The notes below the pieces were generated by a model. It saw only the letters and a list, made by a program, of their open reading frames with translations. It searched no databases and had not been told where the DNA came from. Positions 36,290-48,032 of a DNA stretch of 64,000 nt are shown piece after piece (positions within the stretch are counted from its first letter, which is position 1; each line of letters opens with the position of its first letter). The stretch lies in assembly GCF_055900595.2 (NCBI RefSeq), contig NZ_CM148325.1. One strand, 5' to 3'. The translations under genes and the position numbers were made by a program.

Positions 36290-37051
36290 ATGGTACAGGT
36301 CGCGATTATTACCGCTTCCGATTCGGGGATCGGCAAAGAGTGCGCGTTATTACTGGCGCAGCAGGGTTTTGATATTGGTATTACCTGGCACTCAGATGAA
36401 GAAGGGGCAAAAGATACCGCGCGTGAGGTGGTTAGCCACGGCGTACGTGCGGAGATGGTGCAGCTCGATCTCGGTAAACTGCCAGAGGGGGCACTGGCGC
36501 TGGAGAAACTTATTCAACGGCTGGGGCGCATCGATGTACTCGTGAATAATGCGGGCACAATGACCAAAGCGCCGTTTCTTGATATGGCTTTCGATGAGTG
36601 GCGCAAGATTTTTACCGTTGATGTTGATGGTGCATTTTTATGCTCGCAAATTGCGGCCCGCCAGATGGTGAAACAAGGGCAGGGCGGTCGCATCATCAAC
36701 ATTACGTCGGTACATGAGCATACGCCGCTGCCGGATGCCAGCGCCTATACAGCTGCTAAACATGCACTCGGTGGGCTAACCAAAGCGATGGCGCTTGAGC
36801 TGGTCAGGTATAAGATTTTGGTGAATGCAGTCGCGCCTGGGGCTATCGCCACACCAATGAATGGCATGGATGACGGCGACGTGAAGCCCGACGCGGAGCC
36901 TTCGATTCCCCTGCGGCGTTTCGGCGCAACGCATGAGATTGCCAGCCTGGTGGCGTGGTTATGCTCTGAAGGCGCAAATTACACCACCGGGCAGTCGTTA
37001 ATTGTCGATGGTGGCTTTATGCTGGCGAATCCGCAGTTCAACCCAGAATAG
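36290..37051 (+). CDS. yohF: Short-chain dehydrogenase/reductase YohF
   Basis: MVQVAIITASDSGIGKECALLLAQQGF...; SDR motifs TASDSGIG and YxxxK. Confidence 0.9.
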   Translation: MVQVAIITASDSGIGKECALLLAQQGFDIGITWHSDEEGAKDTAREVVSHGVRAEMVQLDLGKLPEGALALEKLIQRLGRIDVLVNNAGTMTKAPFLDMAFDEWRKIFTVDVDGAFLCSQIAARQMVKQGQGGRIINITSVHEHTPLPDASAYTAAKHALGGLTKAMALELVRYKILVNAVAPGAIATPMNGMDDGDVKPDAEPSIPLRRFGATHEIASLVAWLCSEGANYTTGQSLIVDGGFMLANPQFNPE

Positions 37052-37091
37052 CACAGTGAGGTGCGTGGTTATTTCAATGGGTAATATTTGG

Positions 37092-37175
37092 TAGGCATGA
37101 TAAGACGTGCAAGCGTCGCATCAGGCATGGTGCGACGGATGTCGGATGCGGCGCAAACCGCCTTATCCGAGGCAA
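37092..37175. repeat. REP-like palindromic elements between yohF and yohD
   Basis: GCATCAGGCATGGTGCGACGGATGTCGGATGCGGCGCAAACCGCCTTATCCGAGGC. Confidence 0.65.
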
Positions 37176-37180
37176 TGGTT

Positions 37181-37759
37181 TTACGCCTGATCATCCGGCT
37201 TTTTCTTCCCGCGCCGTTTCAGCCACCAGCGCACGCCAACCACCAGAACCACGACCAGAATCAACCAGACCCAGTGCTTCAAATGCTGGTCGAGATTGTG
37301 CAACCACGGCGCAATCACCTGACCACCAGCATAACCGATAGTGGTAAAAATCAACGCCCAGGCAAATGCGCCGAGAATATTCAGCGGCAGAAAGATTTTC
37401 GGCGGCAGCTGGCTGGCACCAATCAGCGTCGGGCCAATGACCCGAAAGCCATACATAAAACGCGTACCAATGACAAACAGATACGGATGGCGCTGGATAA
37501 GTTTCTGCGCCCGCTCAATTTTATCCTGATGTTTCGAGAAACGGCGTAATAGCTTGCCGCCAAAGCGCCGCCCGCACAGATAAAGCACCTGGTCGCCAAT
37601 CATGCCGCCAAGCGCCACAGAAAGTACCACCAGCGGGAACTTTAATAACCCCTGATGTGCCGCAACGCCTCCCAGCAACGTCACGGTTTCACCTTCCGCC
37701 AGACTTCCGAGCACCAGCGCAGCATAACCATATTGTGAGATGAGTGTATTGAGATCCAT
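37181..37759 (-). CDS. yohD: DedA-family inner membrane protein YohD
   Basis: MDLNTLISQYGYAALVLGSLAEGETV... (192 aa from internal ATG). Confidence 0.88.
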   Translation of the reverse strand: MDLNTLISQYGYAALVLGSLAEGETVTLLGGVAAHQGLLKFPLVVLSVALGGMIGDQVLYLCGRRFGGKLLRRFSKHQDKIERAQKLIQRHPYLFVIGTRFMYGFRVIGPTLIGASQLPPKIFLPLNILGAFAWALIFTTIGYAGGQVIAPWLHNLDQHLKHWVWLILVVVLVVGVRWWLKRRGKKKPDDQA

Positions 37760-37928
37760 AGGCCCGTCTGTCTCCCTTTGGTTGCTTGTAAGCATACACC
37801 CTGTGAATCATTCACGCTGAAAAAGGACGCTCATCAGACGGTGCAAATTCTATGAATGCACAAAAAATAATCACAAGCTGACTTATACTTGAACTGTCAG
37901 GTTCATGAACTCACAACAAGGGGGCGGT

Positions 37929-38516
37929 ATGAGCCATGTCTGGGGACTGTTTTCCCATCCCGATCGTGAAATGCAGGTGATTAATCGCGAAAACGAAACG
38001 ATTTCTCACCATTACACCCACCACGTTTTGCTGATGGCGGCGATTCCGGTGATTTGCGCCTTCATTGGCACCACACAAATTGGCTGGAATTTTGGCGATG
38101 GCACCATCCTGAAGTTATCCTGGTTTACCGGACTGGCGCTGGCCGTCTTGTTTTATGGCGTTATGCTGGCTGGGGTCGCGGTGATGGGGCGGGTCATCTG
38201 GTGGATGGCGCGCAATTATCCGCAGCGTCCGTCACTTGCGCACTGCATGGTCTTTGCGGGCTACGTTGCAACTCCGCTGTTTTTAAGCGGTCTGGTGGCG
38301 CTTTATCCGCTGGTCTGGTTGTGTGCGCTGGTCGGCACGGTGGCGCTGTTTTACACCGGCTACCTGCTTTATCTCGGTATTCCGAGCTTCCTGAATATCA
38401 ACAAAGAGGAAGGCCTTAGCTTCTCCAGTTCGACGCTGGCGATTGGCGTGCTGGTACTGGAAGTGCTGCTCGCCCTTACCGTTATACTATGGGGCTACGG
38501 TTATCGTTTGTTCTAG
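37929..38516 (+). CDS. yohC: Yip1-family inner membrane protein YohC
   Basis: MSHVWGLFSHPDREMQVINRENETISHHY... (195 aa). Confidence 0.88.
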   Translation: MSHVWGLFSHPDREMQVINRENETISHHYTHHVLLMAAIPVICAFIGTTQIGWNFGDGTILKLSWFTGLALAVLFYGVMLAGVAVMGRVIWWMARNYPQRPSLAHCMVFAGYVATPLFLSGLVALYPLVWLCALVGTVALFYTGYLLYLGIPSFLNINKEEGLSFSSSTLAIGVLVLEVLLALTVILWGYGYRLF

Positions 38517-38689
38517 CAAGTTCTTTTGCGTTGCATTGCTGGCGTAAATGTCAGCAATGCAGCATTTCCTCACGATTCTCCTTTGACGATCGCACTTTTT
38601 GCTCGTTATGATGGCGTTGCTAGCCTCAGTAAATCCTTACTCCGGCGGTGCGCAACCTGTGCGCGTGAACCACTATCTGAATGCTCATC

Positions 38690-39622
38690 ATGCCGAAATT
38701 TCGAGTTTCTTTATTTAGCCTGGCCCTGATGCTGGCTGTGCCTTTTGCACCGCAGGCCGTTGCGAAAACGGCAGCCGCTACCACCGCTTCACAGCCGGAA
38801 ATTGCCTCCGGTAGCGCGATGATTGTTGATCTGAATACCAACAAAGTGATCTATTCGAACCACCCGGATTTGGTGCGTCCGATTGCGTCTATCAGTAAAT
38901 TAATGACCGCGATGGTTGTGCTGGATGCACGATTGCCGCTGGATGAAAAACTGAAAGTGGATATCAGCCAGACGCCGGAGATGAAAGGGGTCTATTCGCG
39001 CGTACGACTGAACAGCGAAATCAGCCGTAAAGATATGCTGTTGCTGGCGCTGATGTCTTCAGAAAACCGCGCGGCGGCAAGCCTTGCGCACCATTATCCC
39101 GGTGGTTACAAAGCCTTTATTAAGGCGATGAATGCGAAAGCGAAATCGCTCGGAATGAACAACACGCGCTTTGTTGAACCGACCGGATTGTCGGTGCATA
39201 ACGTTTCAACTGCCCGTGACTTAACCAAACTGCTCATTGCCAGCAAACAATATCCGTTGATTGGTCAGTTAAGTACTACCAGGGAAGATATGGCAACCTT
39301 CTCTAACCCGACGTATACGCTGCCGTTCCGCAATACTAACCATCTGGTGTATCGCGATAACTGGAATATTCAGTTAACCAAAACGGGCTTTACCAATGCG
39401 GCGGGCCATTGTCTGGTGATGCGTACGGTTATCAATAATAAACCGGTAGCGTTGGTGGTGATGGACGCGTTTGGCAAATATACCCATTTTGCCGATGCCA
39501 GCCGCCTGCGTACCTGGATTGAAACCGGTAAAGTGATGCCTGTTCCGGCAGCAGCGTTGAGCTATAAAAAACAAAAAGCCGCCCAGATGGCGGCGGCGGG
39601 GCAGACGGCACAGAACGATTAA
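38690..39622 (+). CDS. pbpG: D-alanyl-D-alanine endopeptidase (PBP7)
   Basis: [25 protein letters not shown] signal peptide; SxxK motif [14 protein letters not shown]; 310 aa. Confidence 0.92.
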
Positions 39623-39624
39623 GG

Positions 39625-39795
39625 GTAGGCAGGATAAGGCGTTTACGCCGCATCAGGCATTCGGAGCACAATGCCTGATGCGATGCTTGCGCATCTTATC
39701 AGGCCTACAAACGTGACGCGTCCGTAGGCAGGATAAGGCGTTCACGCCGCATCCGGCATTCGGTGCACGATGCCTGATGCGATGCTTCTATTTGC
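39625..39795. repeat. Cluster of REP elements (BIME-like) between pbpG and dld
   Basis: Repeated GCCTGATGCGATGCTT / GGCAGGATAAGGCGTTTACGCCGCATC units in alternating orientation. Confidence 0.85.
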
Positions 39796-39814
39796 ATCAG
39801 GCATCCAGCCGTAT

Positions 39815-41530
39815 TTACTCCACTTCCTGCCAGTTTTTCCGCTTACTGGTTTTACCGATCCCCGGATTCATGCTGTTGGTCGGATCGTTCTCGCGATAGA
39901 ACTTCTGCAACGTCTCCGGTGCTTTATACAAATGACCGACGTTATGCTCGGCAGGGTATTGCGCGCCGCGCTGCTGTAGCAGTTCCAGCATCTGTTCTTT
40001 CAACGCATGCACATCCACGCCTTTTTTAACGATGTAATCCTGATGGAAGACATAGCACATAAAATGGCCGTAATAGAGCTTGTGCACCAACTGACTGTCG
40101 ATCTCCGGCGGTAAATGCTCATACCACTCGGTGTCGTTACGCCGCAGAGCGATATCCAGCGCCAGAATGTCTTCGACTTCATCGGAATGCACCGCCTGAT
40201 AACGAATTGCTGCGCCCGCAGCGGCGAAACGGTGTAAAAACGCTTTGCTGCCTTCCTCCGGCGTACAGACAAAGAAATCGCCCTCGGCCTGTTTGAAATA
40301 ATCCACCAGCCACGATTTTGCTTCACCGACGCCATCGCCCGCCATTTTTAACAGCAGATGATGTTCATATTTATCGCGCCAGTTTTTCATGCGCGGCGGT
40401 AAATGGCTGGGGAACAGGTGACCGAATTTTTGCATCGCACGGTCGGTAAAATGCGGACGGAAGAATTTCACTTTCTCCAGCATCGCATCGGTGCGTCCCT
40501 TGAGATTAAAGAAGAACGGCATCTTGTCGGTGCCTAACTTATCAATCATCAGGAAGGTGTCTTTGCCGTATTTTTCCGCAATATCGTAGATATCCCGGTG
40601 CATATATTCCCCGGCAACCGGCAGATTTTCGAAATTAGCCAGAATATGACGGCGGATTTCGGTCAGTACTTCCGGCTGGTTGGTGCCGATATAAAACACC
40701 TGCTGATTTTTTTCTGCTTCGAAGGTATCAAGACGTACCGCAAAGACGGCCAGTTTACCGGCGCAACCGGAGGATTCAAACAGGCGATCCGGGTCGGCGT
40801 TATAACGTGCTGGTGTGTCGGCTTCAATATCACGAACGCGGTGGACATAGTCATAATCGTGGGCGTGACGACCATCGTGGCGCACATCGTCATCTTTGAT
40901 GCGATCGTCATCCAGCTTGCTAAGGATCTGCTCCGGCGTTTCGCCGAGATCAATCCCCAGATGGTTCACCAGCGTCAGTTTGCCGTCTTCATTTATACGC
41001 GCGAATAACGACATTTCGGTATACGCCGGGCCACGCTGTACCAGCGAGCCGCCGGAGTTGTTACAAATACCGCCGATGACTGATGCGCCTATACACGATG
41101 ATCCAATCACTGAGTGCGGTTCGCGTCCCAGCGGTTTGAGAGCTTTTTCCAGCGAATAGAGTGTGGTGCCAGGATATGCCAGCACCTGTTCGCCCTTGCC
41201 GAGAACATGTAGTTTGTCGAGACGCAGGGTGCTGATGATCACGATATCGCGATCATAGTCGTTACCGTTTGGCGTCGAGCCTTCGGTCAGGCCGGTATTA
41301 GCGGCTTGCATCAGAATAATTTTGTCGGCGGTGACGCAGGCTTTCAGCACCCGCCACAATTCCAGTAGTGAGCCAGGGAAAACGACAGCCAGCGCGTCGC
41401 CCTGACCAGAACGGAAGCCCTTGCGATAGCGGGCCGTTTTTGCGGGATCGGTGAGCAGGTGTGAATGACCGACCAGACGGGCAAGTTCATTCAAAAAGGC
41501 TTTATTATCAGTTGTTGTCATGGAAGACAT
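39815..41530 (-). CDS. dld: FAD-dependent membrane D-lactate dehydrogenase
   Basis: MSSMTTTDNKAFLNELARLVG... 571 aa from internal ATG; matches recalled Dld. Confidence 0.93.
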   Translation of the reverse strand: MSSMTTTDNKAFLNELARLVGHSHLLTDPAKTARYRKGFRSGQGDALAVVFPGSLLELWRVLKACVTADKIILMQAANTGLTEGSTPNGNDYDRDIVIISTLRLDKLHVLGKGEQVLAYPGTTLYSLEKALKPLGREPHSVIGSSCIGASVIGGICNNSGGSLVQRGPAYTEMSLFARINEDGKLTLVNHLGIDLGETPEQILSKLDDDRIKDDDVRHDGRHAHDYDYVHRVRDIEADTPARYNADPDRLFESSGCAGKLAVFAVRLDTFEAEKNQQVFYIGTNQPEVLTEIRRHILANFENLPVAGEYMHRDIYDIAEKYGKDTFLMIDKLGTDKMPFFFNLKGRTDAMLEKVKFFRPHFTDRAMQKFGHLFPSHLPPRMKNWRDKYEHHLLLKMAGDGVGEAKSWLVDYFKQAEGDFFVCTPEEGSKAFLHRFAAAGAAIRYQAVHSDEVEDILALDIALRRNDTEWYEHLPPEIDSQLVHKLYYGHFMCYVFHQDYIVKKGVDVHALKEQMLELLQQRGAQYPAEHNVGHLYKAPETLQKFYRENDPTNSMNPGIGKTSKRKNWQEVE

Positions 41531-41725
41531 TTTCCACTCCTTGTGGTGGCGAAAAAATATCACAAACTAGCATAGCGCCTTGTATGACAATTCAGCGAGT
41601 GAATATTTTGAAAATTCAGACAATAAACTGAGCATTCTTTTTCTCTCTCCATCATGCTTATGGCAAACTACGGTTTTTGCACCATTTTCGCTGCCTCGTC
41701 GGGCAACAGAGGAAGAATAATCCAT

Positions 41726-44023
41726 ATGAAATGGCTATGTTCAGTAGGTATCGCGGTGAGTCTGGCCCTGCAACCAGCACTGGCGGATGATTTATTCGGT
41801 AACCATCCATTAACGCCTGAAGCGCGTGATGCGTTCGTCACCGAACTGCTCAAGAAAATGACAGTTGATGAGAAAATTGGTCAGCTGCGCTTAATCAGCG
41901 TCGGCCCGGATAACCCGAAAGAGGCGATCCGCGAGATGATCAAAGACGGGCAGGTTGGAGCGATTTTCAACACCGTAACCCGTCAGGATATCCGCGCCAT
42001 GCAGGATCAGGTGATGGAACTGAGCCGCCTGAAAATTCCTCTTTTCTTTGCTTACGACGTGCTGCACGGTCAGCGCACGGTGTTCCCGATTAGCCTCGGT
42101 CTGGCCTCGTCTTTTAACCTCGATGCGGTGAAAACGGTCGGGCGTGTCTCTGCTTATGAAGCCGCAGATGATGGCCTGAACATGACCTGGGCACCGATGG
42201 TCGATGTCTCGCGCGATCCGCGCTGGGGACGTGCTTCCGAAGGTTTTGGGGAAGATACGTATCTCACTTCGATTATGGGTAAGACTATGGTGGAAGCGAT
42301 GCAGGGTAAAAGCCCGGCAGATCGCTACTCGGTGATGACCAGCGTCAAACACTTTGCCGCTTACGGCGCGGTAGAAGGTGGTAAAGAGTACAACACCGTC
42401 GATATGAGTCCGCAGCGCCTGTTTAACGACTATATGCCGCCGTACAAAGCGGGGCTGGATGCAGGCAGCGGCGCGGTGATGGTGGCGCTGAACTCGCTGA
42501 ACGGCACGCCAGCCACCTCCGACTCTTGGCTGCTGAAAGATGTTCTGCGCGACCAGTGGGGCTTTAAAGGCATCACCGTTTCCGATCACGGCGCAATCAA
42601 AGAGCTGATTAAACATGGCACGGCGGCAGACCCGGAAGATGCGGTGCGCGTGGCACTGAAATCCGGCATCAACATGAGTATGAGCGACGAGTATTACTCG
42701 AAGTATCTGCCTGGGTTGATCAAATCCGGCAAAGTGACGATGGAAGAGCTGGATGACGCTGCCCGTCATGTACTGAACGTGAAATATGATATGGGGTTGT
42801 TTAACGACCCGTACAGCCATCTCGGTCCGAAAGAGTCTGACCCGGTGGATACCAATGCCGAAAGCCGCCTGCACCGCAAAGAAGCGCGTGAAGTGGCACG
42901 CGAAAGCCTGGTGTTGCTGAAAAACCGTCTCGAAACGTTACCGCTGAAAAAATCAGCCACCATTGCGGTGGTTGGGCCACTGGCGGACAGCAAACGTGAC
43001 GTGATGGGCAGCTGGTCCGCAGCCGGTGTTGCCGATCAATCCGTGACCGTACTGACCGGGATTAAAAATGCCGTCGGTGAAAACGGTAAAGTGCTGTACG
43101 CCAAAGGGGCGAACGTTACCAGTGACAAAGGCATTATCGATTTCCTGAATCAGTATGAAGAGGCGGTCAAAGTCGATCCGCGTTCGCCCCAAGAGATGAT
43201 TGATGAAGCGGTGCAAACCGCAAAACAATCTGATGTGGTGGTGGCTGTGGTCGGTGAAGCTCAGGGGATGGCGCACGAGGCTTCCAGCCGTACCGATATT
43301 ACTATTCCACAAAGCCAACGTGACTTGATTGCGGCGCTGAAAGCCACCGGTAAACCGCTGGTGCTGGTGCTGATGAACGGACGTCCACTGGCGCTGGTGA
43401 AAGAAGATCAGCAGGCTGATGCGATTCTGGAAACCTGGTTTGCGGGGACTGAAGGCGGTAATGCGATTGCCGATGTGTTGTTTGGCGATTACAACCCGTC
43501 GGGCAAGCTGCCGATGTCCTTCCCGCGTTCTGTCGGGCAGATCCCGGTGTACTACAGCCATCTGAATACCGGTCGGCCGTATAATGCCGACAAGCCGAAC
43601 AAATACACTTCGCGTTATTTTGATGAAGCTAACGGGGCGCTGTATCCGTTCGGCTATGGTCTGAGCTATACCACCTTCACCGTCTCTGATGTGAAACTTT
43701 CTGCGCCGACCATGAAGCGTGACGGCAAAGTGACCGCCAGTGTGCAGGTGACGAACACCGGTAAGCGCGAAGGGGCGACGGTAGTGCAGATGTACTTGCA
43801 GGATGTGACCGCTTCCATGAGTCGTCCGGTGAAGCAACTGAAAGGCTTTGAGAAAATCACCCTGAAACCGGGCGAAACTCAGACCGTCAGCTTCCCGATC
43901 GATATTGAGGCGCTGAAGTTCTGGAATCAACAGATGAAATATGACGCCGAGCCTGGCAAGTTCAATGTCTTCATCGGCACCGATTCCGCGCGCGTTAAGA
44001 AAGGCGAGTTTGAATTGCTGTAA
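41726..44023 (+). CDS. bglX: Periplasmic beta-glucosidase (GH3)
   Basis: MKWLCSVGIAVSLALQPALA signal peptide; 765 aa GH3. Confidence 0.93.
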   Translation: MKWLCSVGIAVSLALQPALADDLFGNHPLTPEARDAFVTELLKKMTVDEKIGQLRLISVGPDNPKEAIREMIKDGQVGAIFNTVTRQDIRAMQDQVMELSRLKIPLFFAYDVLHGQRTVFPISLGLASSFNLDAVKTVGRVSAYEAADDGLNMTWAPMVDVSRDPRWGRASEGFGEDTYLTSIMGKTMVEAMQGKSPADRYSVMTSVKHFAAYGAVEGGKEYNTVDMSPQRLFNDYMPPYKAGLDAGSGAVMVALNSLNGTPATSDSWLLKDVLRDQWGFKGITVSDHGAIKELIKHGTAADPEDAVRVALKSGINMSMSDEYYSKYLPGLIKSGKVTMEELDDAARHVLNVKYDMGLFNDPYSHLGPKESDPVDTNAESRLHRKEAREVARESLVLLKNRLETLPLKKSATIAVVGPLADSKRDVMGSWSAAGVADQSVTVLTGIKNAVGENGKVLYAKGANVTSDKGIIDFLNQYEEAVKVDPRSPQEMIDEAVQTAKQSDVVVAVVGEAQGMAHEASSRTDITIPQSQRDLIAALKATGKPLVLVLMNGRPLALVKEDQQADAILETWFAGTEGGNAIADVLFGDYNPSGKLPMSFPRSVGQIPVYYSHLNTGRPYNADKPNKYTSRYFDEANGALYPFGYGLSYTTFTVSDVKLSAPTMKRDGKVTASVQVTNTGKREGATVVQMYLQDVTASMSRPVKQLKGFEKITLKPGETQTVSFPIDIEALKFWNQQMKYDAEPGKFNVFIGTDSARVKKGEFELL

Positions 44024-44029
44024 TGCTTT

Positions 44030-44160
44030 AGTCAGGGCGCGACGTCTGCGCCCTTTGCCTGATGCGTTGCGCTTATCAGGCCTTCAGGGGTTTTTAACCT
44101 CTTGAATTTTCGCTGTTTGTAGGCTGGATAAGGCGTTTACGCCGCATCCGGCAAGAAACG
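44030..44160. repeat. Terminator hairpin plus REP elements downstream of bglX
   Basis: GGGCGCGACGTCTGCGCCC hairpin; CCTGATGCGTTGCGCTTATCAGGCC; GTAGGCTGGATAAGGCGTTTACGCCGCATCCGGCA. Confidence 0.8.
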
Positions 44161-44295
44161 ACGGGCAAAATATGCCCTTTAAGTATTTATCTGATTCTGC
44201 AACTGAATCCTTCCGCTCAGGCTAACCCCGCCATTATCAACTATGCTTTTCTCTTAATTCGCTGAAAACAACAGTAAAAGAATGAGGAAAGCATC

Positions 44296-45213
44296 ATGCC
44301 ACTCTCAAAGCTCTGGGCAGGTTCACTGGTTTTGTTGGCAGCCGTGAGCCTGCCGCTACAGGCGGCTTCCCCCGTTAAAGTCGGTTCGAAAATCGATACC
44401 GAAGGCGCGCTACTCGGCAACATTATTTTGCAAGTGCTGGAAAGCCACGGCGTACCGACGGTGAATAAAGTCCAGTTGGGAACCACGCCGGTGGTGCGCG
44501 GGGCGATTACTTCCGGTGAACTGGATATCTATCCGGAATATACCGGCAATGGCGCGTTTTTCTTTAAAGATGAAAACGATGCGGCGTGGAAAAATGCCGG
44601 GCAAGGCTACGAGAAAGTCAAAAAGCTCGATGCAGAACAAAACAAGTTAATCTGGCTGACGCCTGCGCCTGCAAATAACACCTGGACCATCGCCGTGCGT
44701 CAGGATGTTGCAGAGAAAAACAAACTCACTTCGCTTGCCGACCTGAGTCGTTATCTGAAAGACGGTGGCACCTTCAAACTGGCGGCCTCAGCAGAGTTTA
44801 TCGAACGCGCCGATGCCTTACCCGCTTTTGAAAAAGCCTATGGCTTTAAGCTCAGTCAGGATCAGTTGCTGTCACTGGCCGGTGGCGACACTGCGGTGAC
44901 AATCAAAGCTGCTGCCCAGCAAACATCCGGCGTTAATGCGGCGATGGCTTACGGCACTGACGGCCCGGTCGCGGCGCTGGGGCTGCAAACCTTAAGCGAT
45001 CCGCAAGGCGTGCAACCTATCTACGCGCCTGCACCAGTGGTGCGTGAATCGGTGTTGAAGGAGTATCCGCAAATGGCACAGTGGCTACAGCCAGTCTTCG
45101 CCAGCCTCGATGCAAAAACATTGCAGCAACTGAATGCCAGCATTGCTGTGGAAGGTCTGGATGCCAAAAAAGTGGCTGCCGACTACCTGAAACAAAAAGG
45201 GTGGACGAAGTAA
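44296..45213 (+). CDS. osmF: Glycine betaine ABC transporter periplasmic binding protein
   Basis: 305 aa with signal peptide; first gene of osmF-yehYXW operon. Confidence 0.9.
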   Translation: MPLSKLWAGSLVLLAAVSLPLQAASPVKVGSKIDTEGALLGNIILQVLESHGVPTVNKVQLGTTPVVRGAITSGELDIYPEYTGNGAFFFKDENDAAWKNAGQGYEKVKKLDAEQNKLIWLTPAPANNTWTIAVRQDVAEKNKLTSLADLSRYLKDGGTFKLAASAEFIERADALPAFEKAYGFKLSQDQLLSLAGGDTAVTIKAAAQQTSGVNAAMAYGTDGPVAALGLQTLSDPQGVQPIYAPAPVVRESVLKEYPQMAQWLQPVFASLDAKTLQQLNASIAVEGLDAKKVAADYLKQKGWTK

Positions 45214-45219
45214 TTTCCC

Positions 45220-46377
45220 GTGACTTATTTCCGTATTAATCCTGTTCTGGCGCTGCTGCTGTTGCTGACGGCAATCGCAGCGGCGCTGCCGTTTATCAGT
45301 TACGCGCCTAATCGTTTAGTCTCTGGTGAGGGGCGTCATCTCTGGCAGTTGTGGCCGCAAACGATCTGGATGCTGGTGGGCGTATGTTGCGCCTGGCTGA
45401 CAGCCTGTTTTATTCCCGGTAGAAAAGGCAGCATTTTTGCACTCATCCTGGCGCAACTCGTCTTCGTGTTGCTGGTATGGGGGGCAGGAAAGGCGGCGAC
45501 ACAACTGGCGCAAAATGGCAGTGCGCTGGCGCGTACCAGCCTCGGCAGTGGTTTCTGGCTGGCTGCGGCGCTGGCACTGCTGGCCTGTAGCGATGCCATC
45601 CGCCGAATTTCCACGCATCCGCTGTGGCGCTGGTTGTTGCATATGCAGATTACCATCATTCCGCTGTGGTTGCTGTACTCCGGCACGCTTAACGATCTTT
45701 CGCTAATGAAAGAATACGCCAACCGTCAGGATGTGTTTAATGACGCGCTGGCGCAACATCTGACGTTGCTGTTTGGTGCGGTGCTGCCTGCGTTAGTGAT
45801 TGGTGTGCCGCTGGGCGTCTGGTGCTACTTTTCCACTGCGCGGCAGGGGGCGATTTTTTCTCTGCTGAATGTCATTCAGACCGTGCCTTCGGTGGCGCTC
45901 TTTGGCCTGTTGATTGCGCCGCTTGCCGCGCTGGTTACGGCCTTTCCGTGGCTGGGTAAGCTCGGCATAGCAGGAACCGGAATGACACCCGCACTGATTG
46001 CGCTGGTGCTCTATGCCTTGCTGCCGCTGGTGCGCGGTGTGGTAGTCGGCTTGAACCAGATCCCGCGCGATGTGCTGGAGAGCGCCAGAGCGATGGGCAT
46101 GAGCGGGGCGCAGCGATTCCTGCATGTTCAGTTACCGCTGGCGTTACCGGTATTTCTGCGCAGCCTGCGGGTGGTGATGGTGCAAACCGTCGGCATGGCG
46201 GTGATTGCGGCGTTAATCGGCGCAGGCGGTTTTGGTGCGCTGGTTTTCCAGGGGCTGCTAAGCAGTGCCATTGATTTAGTGTTGCTGGGGGTGATCCCGG
46301 TAATTGTTCTGGCGGTGCTGATCGACGCGCTGTTCGATTTGCTTATCGCACTGCTGAAGGTGAAACGTAATGATTGA
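45220..46377 (+). CDS. yehY: Glycine betaine ABC transporter permease
   Basis: 385 aa polytopic; GTG start. Confidence 0.88.
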   Translation: MTYFRINPVLALLLLLTAIAAALPFISYAPNRLVSGEGRHLWQLWPQTIWMLVGVCCAWLTACFIPGRKGSIFALILAQLVFVLLVWGAGKAATQLAQNGSALARTSLGSGFWLAAALALLACSDAIRRISTHPLWRWLLHMQITIIPLWLLYSGTLNDLSLMKEYANRQDVFNDALAQHLTLLFGAVLPALVIGVPLGVWCYFSTARQGAIFSLLNVIQTVPSVALFGLLIAPLAALVTAFPWLGKLGIAGTGMTPALIALVLYALLPLVRGVVVGLNQIPRDVLESARAMGMSGAQRFLHVQLPLALPVFLRSLRVVMVQTVGMAVIAALIGAGGFGALVFQGLLSSAIDLVLLGVIPVIVLAVLIDALFDLLIALLKVKRND

Positions 46378-47296
46378 ATTTAGCCATGTCAGCAAACTGT
46401 TCGGCACACAAAAAGCCGTTAACGATCTCAATCTCAATTTTCAGGAGGGGAGTTTTTCGGTGCTGATTGGTACATCAGGCTCCGGTAAATCCACCACTCT
46501 GAAAATGATTAACCGCCTGGTGGAGCATGACAGTGGCGTGATCCGCTTTGCCGGAGAAGAAATTCGCTCGCTGCCAGTGCTGGAGTTACGCCGCCGGATG
46601 GGCTATGCCATTCAATCTATTGGCCTGTTTCCCCACTGGAGCGTGGCGCAAAACATTGCTACTGTGCCGCAATTACAAAAATGGCCTCGGGCGCGGATCG
46701 ACGACCGTATTGACGAATTAATGGCGCTACTGGGGCTGGAGCCAAATTTGCGTGAGCGTTATCCGCATCAGCTTTCCGGCGGTCAGCAGCAACGTGTGGG
46801 AGTGGCGCGCGCACTGGCTGCCGATCCGCAAGTCTTATTGATGGATGAACCCTTTGGCGCACTGGACCCGGTAACGCGCGGCGCGTTGCAACAAGAGATG
46901 ACGCGTATTCACCGTTTGTTGGGGCGTACCATTGTGCTGGTCACTCATGATATTGATGAGGCGCTACGGCTGGCAGAACATCTGGTATTGATGGATCACG
47001 GTGAAGTGGTGCAGCAGGGCAATCCGCTGACGATGCTGACTCGTCCGGCGAATGATTTCGTCCGCCAGTTTTTTGGGCATAGTGAACTGGGGGTCCGCCT
47101 GCTTTCGTTACGTAGCGTGGCGGATTACGTGCGTCGCGAAGAACGGGCAGAAGGTGAGGCACTGGCAGAAGAGATGACGCTACGCGATGCGCTCTCCCTG
47201 TTTGTCGCGCGGGGTTGTGAAGTGCTGCCGGTGGTGAACACGCAGGGCGAGCCTTGCGGCACGCTGCATTTTCAGGATCTGCTGGTGGAGGCGTAA
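46370..47296 (+). CDS. yehX: Glycine betaine ABC transporter ATP-binding protein
   Basis: 308 aa; Walker [10 protein letters not shown]; 8 nt overlap with yehY. Confidence 0.92.
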   Translation: MIEFSHVSKLFGTQKAVNDLNLNFQEGSFSVLIGTSGSGKSTTLKMINRLVEHDSGVIRFAGEEIRSLPVLELRRRMGYAIQSIGLFPHWSVAQNIATVPQLQKWPRARIDDRIDELMALLGLEPNLRERYPHQLSGGQQQRVGVARALAADPQVLLMDEPFGALDPVTRGALQQEMTRIHRLLGRTIVLVTHDIDEALRLAEHLVLMDHGEVVQQGNPLTMLTRPANDFVRQFFGHSELGVRLLSLRSVADYVRREERAEGEALAEEMTLRDALSLFVARGCEVLPVVNTQGEPCGTLHFQDLLVEA

Positions 47297-47300
47297 GCGT

Positions 47301-48032
47301 ATGAAGATGTTGCGCGATCCGCTGTTCTGGCTCATTGCTTTGTTTGTGGCACTGATTTTCTGGCTGCCTTACAGCCAGCCGCTGTTTTCTGCCTTGTTCC
47401 CACAACTGCCACGCCCCGTTTATCAGCAAGAAAGTTTTGCTGCTCTGGCACTGGCTCATTTCTGGCTGGTGGGAATTTCGAGTTTGTTTGCGGTGATCAT
47501 TGGCACAGGTGCCGGAATTATTGTTACTCGCCCGTGGGGCGCGGAATTTCGCCCACTGGTGGAAACTATTGCCGCCGTTGGGCAGACTTTTCCGCCCGTT
47601 GCGGTGCTGGCGATTGCCGTTCCGGTGATTGGGTTTGGTCTGCAACCCGCGATTATCGCCTTGATCCTGTACGGTGTGCTGCCCGTCCTGCAGGCGACAC
47701 TTGCCGGGCTGGGAGCGATTGATGCCAGCGTGACAGAAGTTGCTAAGGGTATGGGAATGAGCCGTGGACAGCAACTGCGTAAGGTCGAGCTACCGCTGGC
47801 GGCTCCGGTGATTCTGGCGGGTGTGCGAACTTCGGTGATTATCAACATTGGTACGGCGACGATCGCCTCAACGGTAGGGGCCAGCACGCTGGGTACGCCC
47901 ATCATCATCGGGCTTAGCGGATTTAATACCGCGTATGTGATCCAGGGGGCGTTACTGGTGGCACTGGCGGCGATCATCGCAGACCGCCTGTTTGAAAGGC
48001 TGGTGCAGGCGCTTAGCCAGCACGCAAAATAA
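47301..48032 (+). CDS. yehW: Glycine betaine ABC transporter permease
   Basis: 243 aa membrane ORF. Confidence 0.9.

Noticed and set aside
39625-39795. Possible CRISPR array suggested by the tandem palindromic repeats
   Set aside because: Units are classic REP/BIME sequences in alternating orientation without unique spacers or cas genes.
41891-43930. Two minus-strand ORFs of about 325 aa
   Set aside because: Both are antisense to bglX; His/Arg-rich translations without domain features.
46941-47977. Minus-strand ORFs of 277 aa and 173 aa
   Set aside because: Antisense to yehX/yehW; translations are Pro/Arg/Gln-rich and implausible.
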